Origin: Fimicolochytrium jonesii | Taxonomy: Eukaryota | Direction of reading: 5' to 3' | Length of the DNA stretch: 64,000 nt | Assembly (NCBI RefSeq): GCF_025526975.1 | Contig: NW_026515668.1 | Location: 1,550,001 to 1,614,000 of the forward strand | Part shown: positions 1 to 10,319 of the stretch, piece by piece | Layout: each line of letters begins with the position of its first letter | Numbering within the stretch: position 1 is the first letter of the stretch | Made by a program: the position numbers and the translations under genes | Notes under the pieces: model-generated | What the model was told of the DNA's origin: nothing | Databases searched by the model: none | What the model saw: the letters and a program-made list of their open reading frames with translations, nothing else

Positions 1-1255
1 TTATGATTTCAATGTTCTGTATGGTACTGTACAGTACCTACTACCTACTACAGTATGTATTGTATTTTGCATATCGGATTCGAAGGCGTCGCGCTCTGGC
101 CACCTTGAAAAGCCTCGAAGGAAGCAGAACGGGAACTCTGCGCGGTGGGCGGAGTCCTCCGCTACCCGTTATCCCACCGCGCCCGATGTGGATCCAGGTT
201 TTGAAACGTCATGAACGCACACAAGGTTTGGACGTGGAGATCATACGTCTATATGAGCGAGGGGAACGTTTATGGCTGGAAGGGCGGGGACCCCGCAACG
301 TTTTGTGGCGCAGATTCGAAACGGTCTTTGGGGCTCGTTTTTCCCGAGGTGGGAGAGCGATTCGTTTTTGCATGATGTCCAGGCATATGGGCGACGCGCA
401 TAGAGGTATCAAGGAAGCGCGGCCTACTCCCACATCCGGTTGTCTATTGAGTGTCTCCCATGTGTTTACGCTGAAGGAAACATCAACACGGTATTCCGAG
501 CAAATAGCAAGAGCGGAACACGCCGAGAGCCACCCATCGATGTACTGTACGACATGCATACTGGATATGCCGCGCACTATGTGTGTACAGTAGACACCGG
601 CGGAGCTCGCAACGATGTGCTGCCGGATTCAAGCAACCGAGCGGGATTGACGTTGAGATGCAGTGGATCTAAGCATCCCCCGCTTCATCATCGCTGCTGT
701 AGCATATCAGATAGGCTACTGAGATACAGTCGTGGAAGTGCGCCTGCTCGTCGTCCGTGGCCGCCACCTCGAAGCACACGATGGTCCACATGTCGGGGGC
801 GCTGGCGATTTCCGTCAAAAGCTCCACAATCAGAGAGCATTTACATAGATGGTTTTTAAGCAAAGATGGAGGAATATTGAACAGTGGGATGTCAAAAGGA
901 AGAGACCACAAAGCATTCGCACGGAATGAAAGATAGCAAAAAAATTCGGTCCCCATTACATTACACATTAAACCGTAAGAAAACAAGACATAGGCAGGAG
1001 GTTTGTTCAAACGAGCACTGCTCCACCAACAAACATTCCCCCCCCCCCCCCCGCCCCCCCCACCCCTCCAAGACCAAAGTGAATATGGTAATGATGAAGA
1101 AGAAAGGGGAGTGATTAAGAGCAGGGGGAAAGCATTACAGGCCCACCCAAAACCCCTCCAACAAAGAACATGAGAGGGGAGACCAAAGACGACCCACCCC
1201 GTCTCCCGACCCCCCAACCCACCCCCCACTCATCATCCCCCACACCCATCCCTCC

Positions 1256-2179
1256 TCAAACAATGATCGTCGTAGTAGCAACCCCATACACCGCGGTCCC
1301 TGTCGTCGTGTACGCCGGGAGCGTGCCCGGCTGCCTCCGGACCCTGCGCGGGTTCGGTGCGATGGTGACCTGCGGCAGGGTGGGGAGGGGGATGACGGGG
1401 CCGAGTGGGTCGAGGGTAGCGGTCGCTGTTGCGGTTGTGGTGCCGTCGGTGGATGCGGTGGCGGGGTCTTGGCGACGGCGAAGACGGATGGCGGTGGTTG
1501 CGGGGGCTGGCTCGCTTGCGGGGATGGTGGTGGTTTCGAGCGTGCCGATGGGGAAGAGGGGGAGTTGACGGCCGCGGAGACGGGCGGGCGCGGGGGCGGG
1601 GGCGGTGGCGGTTGCTGTGCCGGTCGTTGTCTCGATGGGGATTAAGGTGATCAAGGGGGCCTGACGTGCGCGAAGACGGGCGGGGGCGATCGCAGCTGCG
1701 GTTGCCGTCGCCGTCCCTGTGGCTGTCGCAGTATCCGTCTCGACGGGGATGGTGTCGATCAAAGGCGCTTGACGGGCGCGAAGCCGAAGAGGAGCGATTG
1801 CAGTTGCCGTGGCCGTTGCAGTAGCGGTAGCGGTCGAAGCAGCCGGAACGGTACCGATCACCCCATCTTGACGCGCGCGAAGACGAAGCGGAGCAAACGT
1901 CGCAGTCGCAGTCGCCGTCGTTCCAGACGCAGTCTCTTGCCGCCTAACCACTTGCACAAGCTTAGCAGCCTCCGTCGCAATGGCAGTAGCGGTCCCGGTC
2001 GTCGACGACGCGGTAGTGGTGGAAGACGAGCCGGCCCACTCGCTGCTCCAGGCGGACTCGATGGCGAAATCGCGGACCTCGAGAATAGCTGGCGGGCGTG
2101 GACGCGTTGGGGTGGGCGCGGCGTCGACGGACACGGAGGCGACTGCGGCGACCGCGAGGGAGAGTAGTTGGACCTTCAT
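1256..2179 (-). CDS. Secreted Thr/Ala/Pro-rich repeat polyprotein with repeated RxRxR|Q kexin/furin-type sites (KEP-like), 307 aa, intronless
   Basis: The N-terminus looks like a signal peptide (MKVQLLSLAVAAVASVSVDA). Seven basic sites are each followed by Q (VVRRQ, RLRARQ x3, RLRGRQ, RLRRRQ, RRVRRQ) and separate TATAT-rich units. Confidence 0.85.
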   Translation of the reverse strand: MKVQLLSLAVAAVASVSVDAAPTPTRPRPPAILEVRDFAIESAWSSEWAGSSSTTTASSTTGTATAIATEAAKLVQVVRRQETASGTTATATATFAPLRLRARQDGVIGTVPAASTATATATATATAIAPLRLRARQAPLIDTIPVETDTATATGTATATAAAIAPARLRARQAPLITLIPIETTTGTATATAPAPAPARLRGRQLPLFPIGTLETTTIPASEPAPATTAIRLRRRQDPATASTDGTTTATATATLDPLGPVIPLPTLPQVTIAPNPRRVRRQPGTLPAYTTTGTAVYGVATTTIIV

Positions 2180-2362
2180 CGTTTCGGTTCGGGTGGGTTC
2201 TTCAACGAGGTGCGGGTATATTCCAGTATATGCGGGGTATGATCGCTAACGAACGTGAGAGATGGACCGCTCTAGGAAGTGATATCCTACGTAGATATCT
2301 GGGGCTGGTGAGAGAGAAAGGAAGAGAGGGGTTGCGCACGGGCGCGACATCGCTTTGGTTGG

Positions 2363-2370
2363 TATTTATA
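2363..2370 (-). promoter_or_regulatory. Candidate TATA box of the repeat polyprotein gene
   Basis: TATAAATA on the minus strand about 185 nt upstream of the ATG at 2179. Confidence 0.45.
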
Positions 2371-3649
2371 CGGGCACGCATTCCTATGCCTCTCCGATGG
2401 TCGTTTTCGCGCAAGAGGGCCCGAGTTTCATCGATAAGTTCCACGTTTTCTGTCAGTTTCCCGAGCGCGGGTAGATTTCACCGGGCCCTTTTTAGCACGA
2501 GTGTGTCTTGGCAATCGCTTGCGACATCGATGGGAAGCGGTGGTTCGGACCATACGATGAGGGCACTGGATAGCGAAAAAAAACGTGGCGGCATAAAAGT
2601 CCGAGGCGGCGTCCCGCTCTTCGTTTGGTTCCGTCTTGCGAGGGGTCCTATCGCACCTATCACCGGAAAGCACGACATTCGGCATTGATTCTAGCCAAGG
2701 CTTATTCTCTGACAAGGAAATGGTGAGATTATGTTTGTTATGAACGGGGTCCCGTATCTGCATGTGCGTTTGTTTCGCTCCCGGTCAAAAAGACCGACAG
2801 GCAGCCTGAGGCCCGACTGGGGCTGCTGTCAATTCGCTGTCATTCAGACGCGCCGGATCGCTTGTTTTTCGCCATCGCACACTGTTCTTCGCGCTCTTTT
2901 GACGACCAACAATGAACTCGACTCTATCAAAAGGTCTCGCACCGCCGGTGTCCCATCGATAGCGGATGAGTAAGCGGACAGGATCGCGAGTTTTCGGCCC
3001 GTTATGGCAGGGTCCCCACTGGAAATATCCGGTGCACGCTGCGCTACTGGTGTCTGCCTAGTAGAGTGAGATCTAGATCTAGCCGAGAAAACTCCGCTTG
3101 AGACAAATCTAATCTGCACTCCGCATTCACATGCCAATTGCGGTCCAAGTTTTCAAACTCTAAGCTTGTATGCCTCCCGGATGAAAAGATCGTAGGGAAA
3201 TGCAAGGTTTCGAAACATGTTGCTTGTCCTATGGAATGTTCGATTTCAACCGCGACCGCAACCGGCACAAGTCTAAAGCGGCGCTCAAACGTTCGTTCTG
3301 CCAAGTGTTTTCGAGAAGATTTTTGCAGATGTGCATGACATTTGAACGACGAAAGTGTACAGGAGGTGGCAGAAGCCTCTCGACGCATTGTCTCTCTCTG
3401 TCAGCGTGTCAGAGAAGACATATGGTATCACTCGGGAAGACCAGATGAGGCTTTCCAGTACAGCTTCTCTCATCTCATCCCAATCAAACAGCCAATGAAG
3501 CCGCCCCATGAGGCATTCGATATCGAATTGCATAACGTCGCTTCGCTCGTATATTATACAGAATTCCCTACTCCAACGAATAAATAACGCGACTACAGCG
3601 TCTTCAAATACAAAATGTACAAAACTGCCCTCCAGTCCCTTGCCCACTA

Positions 3650-4841
3650 TCAATCACGCCTCCGCCCATTCGGCGACAACGAAGAAGTCTCAAAGAAATG
3701 CGCGGTAGCATCAATGAACATAGTCTCATTCTTCAACCGATGAATCAAGATCGTCCCCGAGGTGTAAGCATGTGCCCATCCCTGGCCCGACTGCGGATCA
3801 TCATAGAACTCATTATCCTCACTAATCCAATTCCTCAGCACATCTCCTCTTCGCAGCCAGAATGACACCATAGCATCCTCCTGCCCCAGCTTGTTCTCCT
3901 CCGGAAACGGGTCCTCGGCGATCCAGCGCACCAGATCCCACGACAGCACGTATCCCATCCCCGCCATGAAGGAGTTTTGCACCGCGCGCCCGAAATACGT
4001 TCCCTGCTCCGGGAGGCCCTGCAGCCGCTTTTCGAGGTTGGGCAGGTGCAGCCACACGTCGTCGTCGGTCTTCATGATAAATTTGTATTTGCCGTCGCGG
4101 ACGTTCTTGGCGACGTGGGTGAAGTAGTGGTAGGTCTTGCCGCTGTCCATGTTTTCTTCGACGTCGATGATCATGATGTCGTTGTATAGCTTGTGCTCCC
4201 ATTCGAGGAGGTGTTGCTCTTCGGGCGTGTTGGGGCGGCCAAAGACAAAGTAGAAATCGATGCCGGGTGGTTTGAGCTGGAGATAGGTTGCGCGGATGAG
4301 AGCGCGCCGTTGCAGCTTCCAGGGAACCGTCAAGAGGCCCACAAGCGCGGTTCTGTTTACATCGTCCTGCTCAATATGCACATGAAAAATAAGCCAAGCA
4401 GACACTAGGGGCAGACAATATCACAAGCTGGAGGAACGCGATACCAACCCTCTGAGGATCCGGCTTCGCACTTTTATCACCCCCCTTCCCAAACTTCCTC
4501 TTCAAAAACTCGCGTATCTGCCTAACCTCCGCCGTCAACTGCGTCAAAGCCTGCGACTCCACCACCTCCGACCCCGGCCTGCCCGTCCCGGGGACAACCA
4601 CCTCCTTCGCAACCTCCGGCTGCGGCTGCGGCTCGCCTCCTCCTTGGTGCTGTTGATGCTCGGAAGCGTACCGCTCAGCCGACGATGGCTCGCGGACGCG
4701 TTCTCCGCGTACCGCCTCGGCTAGGGGTTCACCCAGCCGGCTGATGTCGTTGGGGGACTGGAAGGCGGATTGGAGGATGAGGATGAAAACGAGGGCGATG
4801 AGGATGAAGGGGAGGAAGAAGGGGATGCGTGTATTCGACAT
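3650..4841 (-). CDS. GT31-family (beta-1,3-galactosyltransferase/fringe-like) type II membrane glycosyltransferase, 2 exons (intron about 4367-4448)
   Basis: N-terminal signal anchor (FFLPFILIALVFILIL) and stem, then RRALIRATY, FVFGRP, ENMDSGKT, KTDDD (DxD), FMAGMGYVLSWDLV and EDAMVSFWL motifs typical of GT31. Confidence 0.85.
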
Positions 4842-6726
4842 GTTTTTAGACCGGGATCGTGGAGGAGTTTGCGGGTTGGGCGTTGGCTCGGTCGAAGGTG
4901 CTGTTTCATATATCTACGCTCAGGTTAGTTTTCGGCATATTCTTCAAGAAAAGCAGAAGAGCTCTCGCTGCAATCAAACATACCTGCCAGAAAGTTTGAC
5001 GCCACACGAATCAAGATCAACTCGATGGCCTGCGCTGCGCTGCCGCTTACTGATTTAGTGTGACGACAAGTCGCGAGTTTCTGCCACTGAGGTGAACAGT
5101 TCAAACTGAAGCGATTACTGAGAAGCGTCCTCTGTATCTATGTATGAAGGCTACGCTGGTGTCTGCAGGCTGGTCGCGCATGCATGCAGAGGGGAAAGGC
5201 TTGATGTCTGTCCCCTTGCCCGAATTCCAAGATCTCATTTCCCTTTGCCGACGCGTTGAAGGACGCGTACGCCCGTGTTCTCACGTTGCTGCGCCCTTTT
5301 TGGACATCCTCGCGGCTTCACCTACTATACTTTTCGTCGGCGACGACGGTATGAAGATGACTACCACAGAGGAAAGGAGGGGCCTGAGAGCGCCTGTGTG
5401 GACACATAGTGTGCGTGGTCATCCCAGACCAACCACTTACGACAGTGCGGCCAGAGCGAGGGGACGTTAAACGTTCATGCGAGGGCCACTCCACAAGAGA
5501 CCTCTCTGTGCGCGAGGTACCCATTCGACGCCTGAAGCCTGAGTTTTCTGCTTCTGACGACATCAGAGGGTGTCGAGATCATGGTAGATGGAGCCAATGC
5601 TGCTGCCCGGCAGCCCGTCCGTTCCGTCGCATGGACGGGATTGCATGCATACTTTCCTCATTCATAGCATTCGAATGCCTTATTCGTGGCCGCGAGCTTG
5701 ACAAGGCAGTTGAGTGCGACCTCCCGAGTCCCCACGTAACATTCCTGAGATGCGGGACTTGCAGCGCAACTTGAAGCACACTGTCGAACACGGCGAACGC
5801 GTTGAATATCTTTTTGGGTGAGTGACGTGGACGCGCGCGCCCAGCACCCCATTTGCGCAACGTAGAGGGTCACAGTCTGACCGACGGATGCAGGAAGGGG
5901 CACAGACACAGTTGGCCGAAGGCACATGCGCACGCTCCCACAGCCAAAGTCTTCTCATCAAAAAGCACCTGGTGCAGTCTTTGCAGTGGGTGCCAAGTTG
6001 GGTACTGATGGGCTGCCAATGATCCACGGGCTTGCGTCAGAGTCCGGACCGAGTTCCGTAGCATGGTTCAGCGAAAGAATAAAGGAAGCCCAAAAAGGGG
6101 TCGATTGTCCTAAACAAACACTTTACCCTGGCGAGAGATTCAACGATCTCTCTGCGCTCGGTCTTTCGTCCCTTCGGCGCCCTAGCCATATTCTCTCCGC
6201 GCTCTCTCCAACAACCAACCACCTCCAAAGTTCGAACGCAATATCGCTACGTCGGTCCCCCACAAGTCTCACTCGTCTGGTAGGTCCAGCCAAAGCTCCC
6301 AGAGGCAGTGGGAACGCGTGGTACGAAGGTTTCTCAAGACCTCTCACACCCACCTCGACTCATCGTAGGCCCAAGAGATCGTGCATCTTGCCGAAAACTG
6401 CTGCTTTTCAGGGTCCCCAGTCGCCCATCTCCGTGAGATCTTGAGACCTTACTCATCGTGTCCCATACCCGGCCTAGCCATCCTCTGAGAAGAGTACGTC
6501 TGCGCATTTTCCGTACAGCGCCTTCACAATGGGGGCATGAGCGACGCGTTACGACTGCAGCATCATCGTCTTACACATCGGACCTCCATTCTCTTAGGCA
6601 CGGTCGAGGACATTGTCATAGCACTCGCACGAGTACTGCCCAGGTTCAGAGGCGCCAACTTCACGAGAGAACCACTACCCGCCGTCTTCTCTCGACCCTT
6701 TTCGAAAAGCCGTGCCCTCCGCCTCA

Positions 6727-9331
6727 ATGTCTCAACCGGCCACGATGAAATCACCCAAGCTTCCCACATACTGGGGCTCGGACGTAGACACGATGCGAAA
6801 GCCTGGGGTGCCCATATTCTCCAAGACAGCCGCCCACGTGCCTCCACGTCCAAAGGTTCCGAACGGCTACACCACTCTGGCCGGCGCGGTATGCCACGGT
6901 CGCGTCAGCGATCTTGAGGCTATGGTGCCGTCGCAGTGGTGGCAGACGGTGTTCGCCGACTCAATGTACCTGAAGACCGACGGCGACGTGGTTGAGGATC
7001 CGCAGATCACTAAGGAGGAGGTGGGGTTGTTGCAGAGCGATGTGGAGCTGAAGAGCATTTTTGAGCGTGGATTGAACAAGGCGGCTGCGGGTAAGTTCTG
7101 CGCGTTTTTTGAAATGTTCGATTAGATGAATGGGGAGCATTTCACGTCGGAGAGACTAAGATACTTTTTTCCCAACAGGCACTCGACCCGCACGGGTCCT
7201 TGATCTATGCTGTGGACAGGGCAGGCATATCCTGCATCTCGCCCAGGAATATCCTTACCTTTCGCTCCACGGCCATGATCAATCATCATATCTAATCTCC
7301 CTGGCCCAAGAGCGTGCCGCCGCTCAGCAAATGACGACAAAAACAGCTTTCACGGTTGGTGACTGCCGTCAAGTTCCGTACCCGGACAGGACTTTCGACC
7401 TCGTCATGGTCATGGGCAACTCGTTTGGTTACTTTGCGGACGAAGATGGCGACCGCACTGTTTTGAGTGAGATTTTTCGTGTGCTGGCTCCCGGGGGTCG
7501 CATAGTTCTCGACCTCACCGATGGTGACTACATGAGGCATAACTTTGCAGAAAGAAGCTGGGAATGGATTGACGACACGACGTTCGTGTGCCGTGAAAGG
7601 CAACTTAGCAAAGATGGCCTTCGTCTGAGCTCTCGCGAGGTCGTGACACTCACCACAAAGGGTGTCATCAGGGATCAATTCTACCAAGAACGGTTGTACG
7701 GCCGAGAGGAGCTACAAGAGCTGTTCAAAAGGGCCGGCTTCGAAGTTCAGGAGAACAAGACGGACCTCGATCCCATCACCCTCGGCAAAGATCTCAGCAA
7801 GAGGAAAGAAGATTTGGGAATGATGGAGCAGAGAGTCCTAATGACTGGCAAGAAGCCATTCGTGAAGGAGAATCTGCACGAGTTTGGAAAGAAGCTGTCG
7901 AATGGTGTGCACCATATGCAGCACAAGCCCAACGGCGTGCGTCATCACATCAATGGAGCTGTGAATGGGTTCCATCCCAACGGCCACATCAATGGCACCC
8001 ACAAGAACGCCGCTGCAAGATCGATCTCCATCGAGTCAACAACCGAAGATGGCAAAGTCTTGCCTGCGCCCTTCGAGCGCATCACTGTTCTTCTCGGCGA
8101 TCCCGCCCTCCCCTGCATCGGGAAATTGAACGACACCTGGAACCCGGAGGACATTGAAACCCGAAAGAAGCTTTTCAATGCGTTGCACGAACTTGGATAC
8201 CCTCCTGATGCGATCACGGTCTTGGACCGTCACGAGACGTTTGTCCGACAACTGAGCGATACCCCACCATTGTTTGTACTGAATCTCTGCGACGAGGGTT
8301 TCGAAAACGACGCCCTCAAGGAGCTGCACGTCCCCGCTTTGCTCGATCTTCTCAATATCCCGTATTCAGGCGCTGGAGCCAACTGCTTGGCCCATTGCTA
8401 CGATAAGGGTCTTGTGAATCGGACCGCTGCAGCTATCGGCGTTCCAACGCCAAAGGAAATTTTTTATGCTACTGCCACGGCCACACCAGCGGTCCAAAGC
8501 CCTGAGCGATTGCACGAAATCATCTCTCGCGAGATCGGCTACCCAGCTTTCATCAAGCCGGTGAAGGGCGACAATTCGCTCGGCATCACCACCAGATCCA
8601 TCGTCAACAACGAAACGGAGCTGGACACGTACATGGCAGAATTAGGCTCCAAAGGAATTCGAGACATAATAGTGCAAGAATACCTCGAAGGCGCCGAATA
8701 CGGCGTCGGCATGGTCGGCAACCGCGAGACCGGCTTCCACTTTTTCCCCATCCTCGAAGTCGACTACAGCCGAATCACAGCCAAGTCTCTCCCACCCATC
8801 CTCGGCTTCGAGAGCAAGTGGGACCCAAGTTCGCCGTACTGGACGGATATCACCTACAAGCGCGCGTCGGGGTTGTCGGACGAGCTAGTAAAGCAGTTGC
8901 ACGAGTGGTGTGTGGCCCTATCGGATCGGTTCGGATGCAGAGACTACGCCCGTTTCGATTTCCGCGCCGATAAGGCTGATGGTACCGGCACCATCAAGCT
9001 GTTGGAGGTCAACCCGAACCCTGGATGGTGTTGGGACGGGAAGCTGGCCTACATGGGCAAGCTGGAAGGTCTGCAATACCATGATGTTCTCGGCATGGTT
9101 CTGAAGGCTGCGTGGCAGAGGCTGAACCACCCGTCGGCGACGACGAAGGGGTCGACGCCCGTAACGTACGAAGGATCCGTTCCGCTCGACAAATCGGAGG
9201 GGCCGGTCGGTTCACGCGTTCGCAACGGCACATACGCGTCGGCTGCTCAAAATGGCCATCAGTCTAGCGCCCGAAATGGCTCGAATGGGGCAGCCCATCC
9301 GAACGATGGTGTGGCGTTGACAGCCGAATGA
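6727..9331 (+). CDS. Fusion of a class I SAM-dependent methyltransferase and a D-Ala-D-Ala-ligase-like ATP-grasp domain, 2 exons (6727-7090, 7179-9331; alternative start 6745)
   Basis: Removing intron 7091-7178 (GTAAGT...CTAAG...CAG) joins YLKTDGDVVED to VLDLCCGQGRH (SAM motif I) and MGNSFGYF. The C-terminal half has Ddl-type motifs IPYSG..CYDK..GVPTP, YPAFIKPVKGDNSLGI, VQEYLEGAEY, GCRDYARFDFR and LEVNPNPG. Confidence 0.9.
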
Positions 9332-10319
9332 GATTTGACCGTTTCGGTACAGCCGGTGCAGGAGGGATACTGTGAGGCCCCCATGCTTTGCTCAAGCCGA
9401 CGGACGCGAAACGCGACATGTCCCGACCCCTCGCCGATGACAACACTCGACCCAGCACCGCCTTGTTGCATTTCGCAACTTACGACAATGGATATCCCAC
9501 CCGACGATTTTGATTCCCTTTCCCCCGTACTTTTTTTCCTCTCCCCCCCCCATTTCGCTAGTATCGTACTTTGCATTTTGCTGTTTTTGCCCCTCTCTTT
9601 TTTGCTATCTCCCCCCGCTCCGACCGTCCCTCGCTTGATGCCCTCCGCCGCTGAAGCTGATTCTCCTCTCTTGCGATACAGCAAGAACGCCCGCCCCCCC
9701 GACTACTTCCCTTTCCCCCCGCCCCGACTCGTCTCTCTCTCTCTTGTGGGGAGTTGATGAAAGACCATGGATTGACGATGTGCTTATGATTAATAGATTA
9801 TAACTTCGTTTCTCTCCATTTTTTATTGATTGGTTAGGTGTTTCATTTTGTGGAGGGTTTTATGCAGAGCGGTGTGCAGTTAACGCACCATTCGTCGGCT
9901 GAGCAGTGCCCTGCAGAAGTGGGAAGCCCAGTGCGTTCCTACCGCGCATAGAATACCACTGTCCCCAGAACCGCGACCGCCACTCGCGACAGCGCAAAAG
10001 GGAAACCAGCACTGTGCAAAGACCCGCACCTGCTTCCCAAAGTGATAGTGATAGTCAATGAATTAAATTAAGATCGAATTACACAACAGCGGAACTAAAT
10101 ACCAAGTCACGGAGGATGCCTATGTACAAATACCAAAAGCGCCGGCTTGTGTGGCGTGTGCGGGAAGGTGACGAAAATAAATAGCCAGAACACATGCGAG
10201 CGAGCAAAGAAAGTCTACGGTCAAAAGAACACCGCGTCCGATCCCCCTCCTCTAGCTATGATGCTATATAGATAGTGCAGTCTAAGGGTCAAAATCCTCT
10301 ACGTGATCTATCACCGAAT

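Noticed and set aside
3..593. 196-aa ORF at the window start and other overlapping ORFs up to about 1250
   Set aside because: No recognisable motifs; composition fits intergenic or 3'-UTR sequence.
3342..3587. Protein-like 81-aa ORF convergent with GT31
   Set aside because: Non-ATG start, no motif and no supportable exon structure.
6727..9331. Bacterial contamination or a mycosporine (MAA) cluster as the explanation for the Ddl-like gene
   Set aside because: A canonical spliceosomal intron and contiguous fungal genes argue against contamination. No sugar-phosphate cyclase (DDGS) gene is present in the window.
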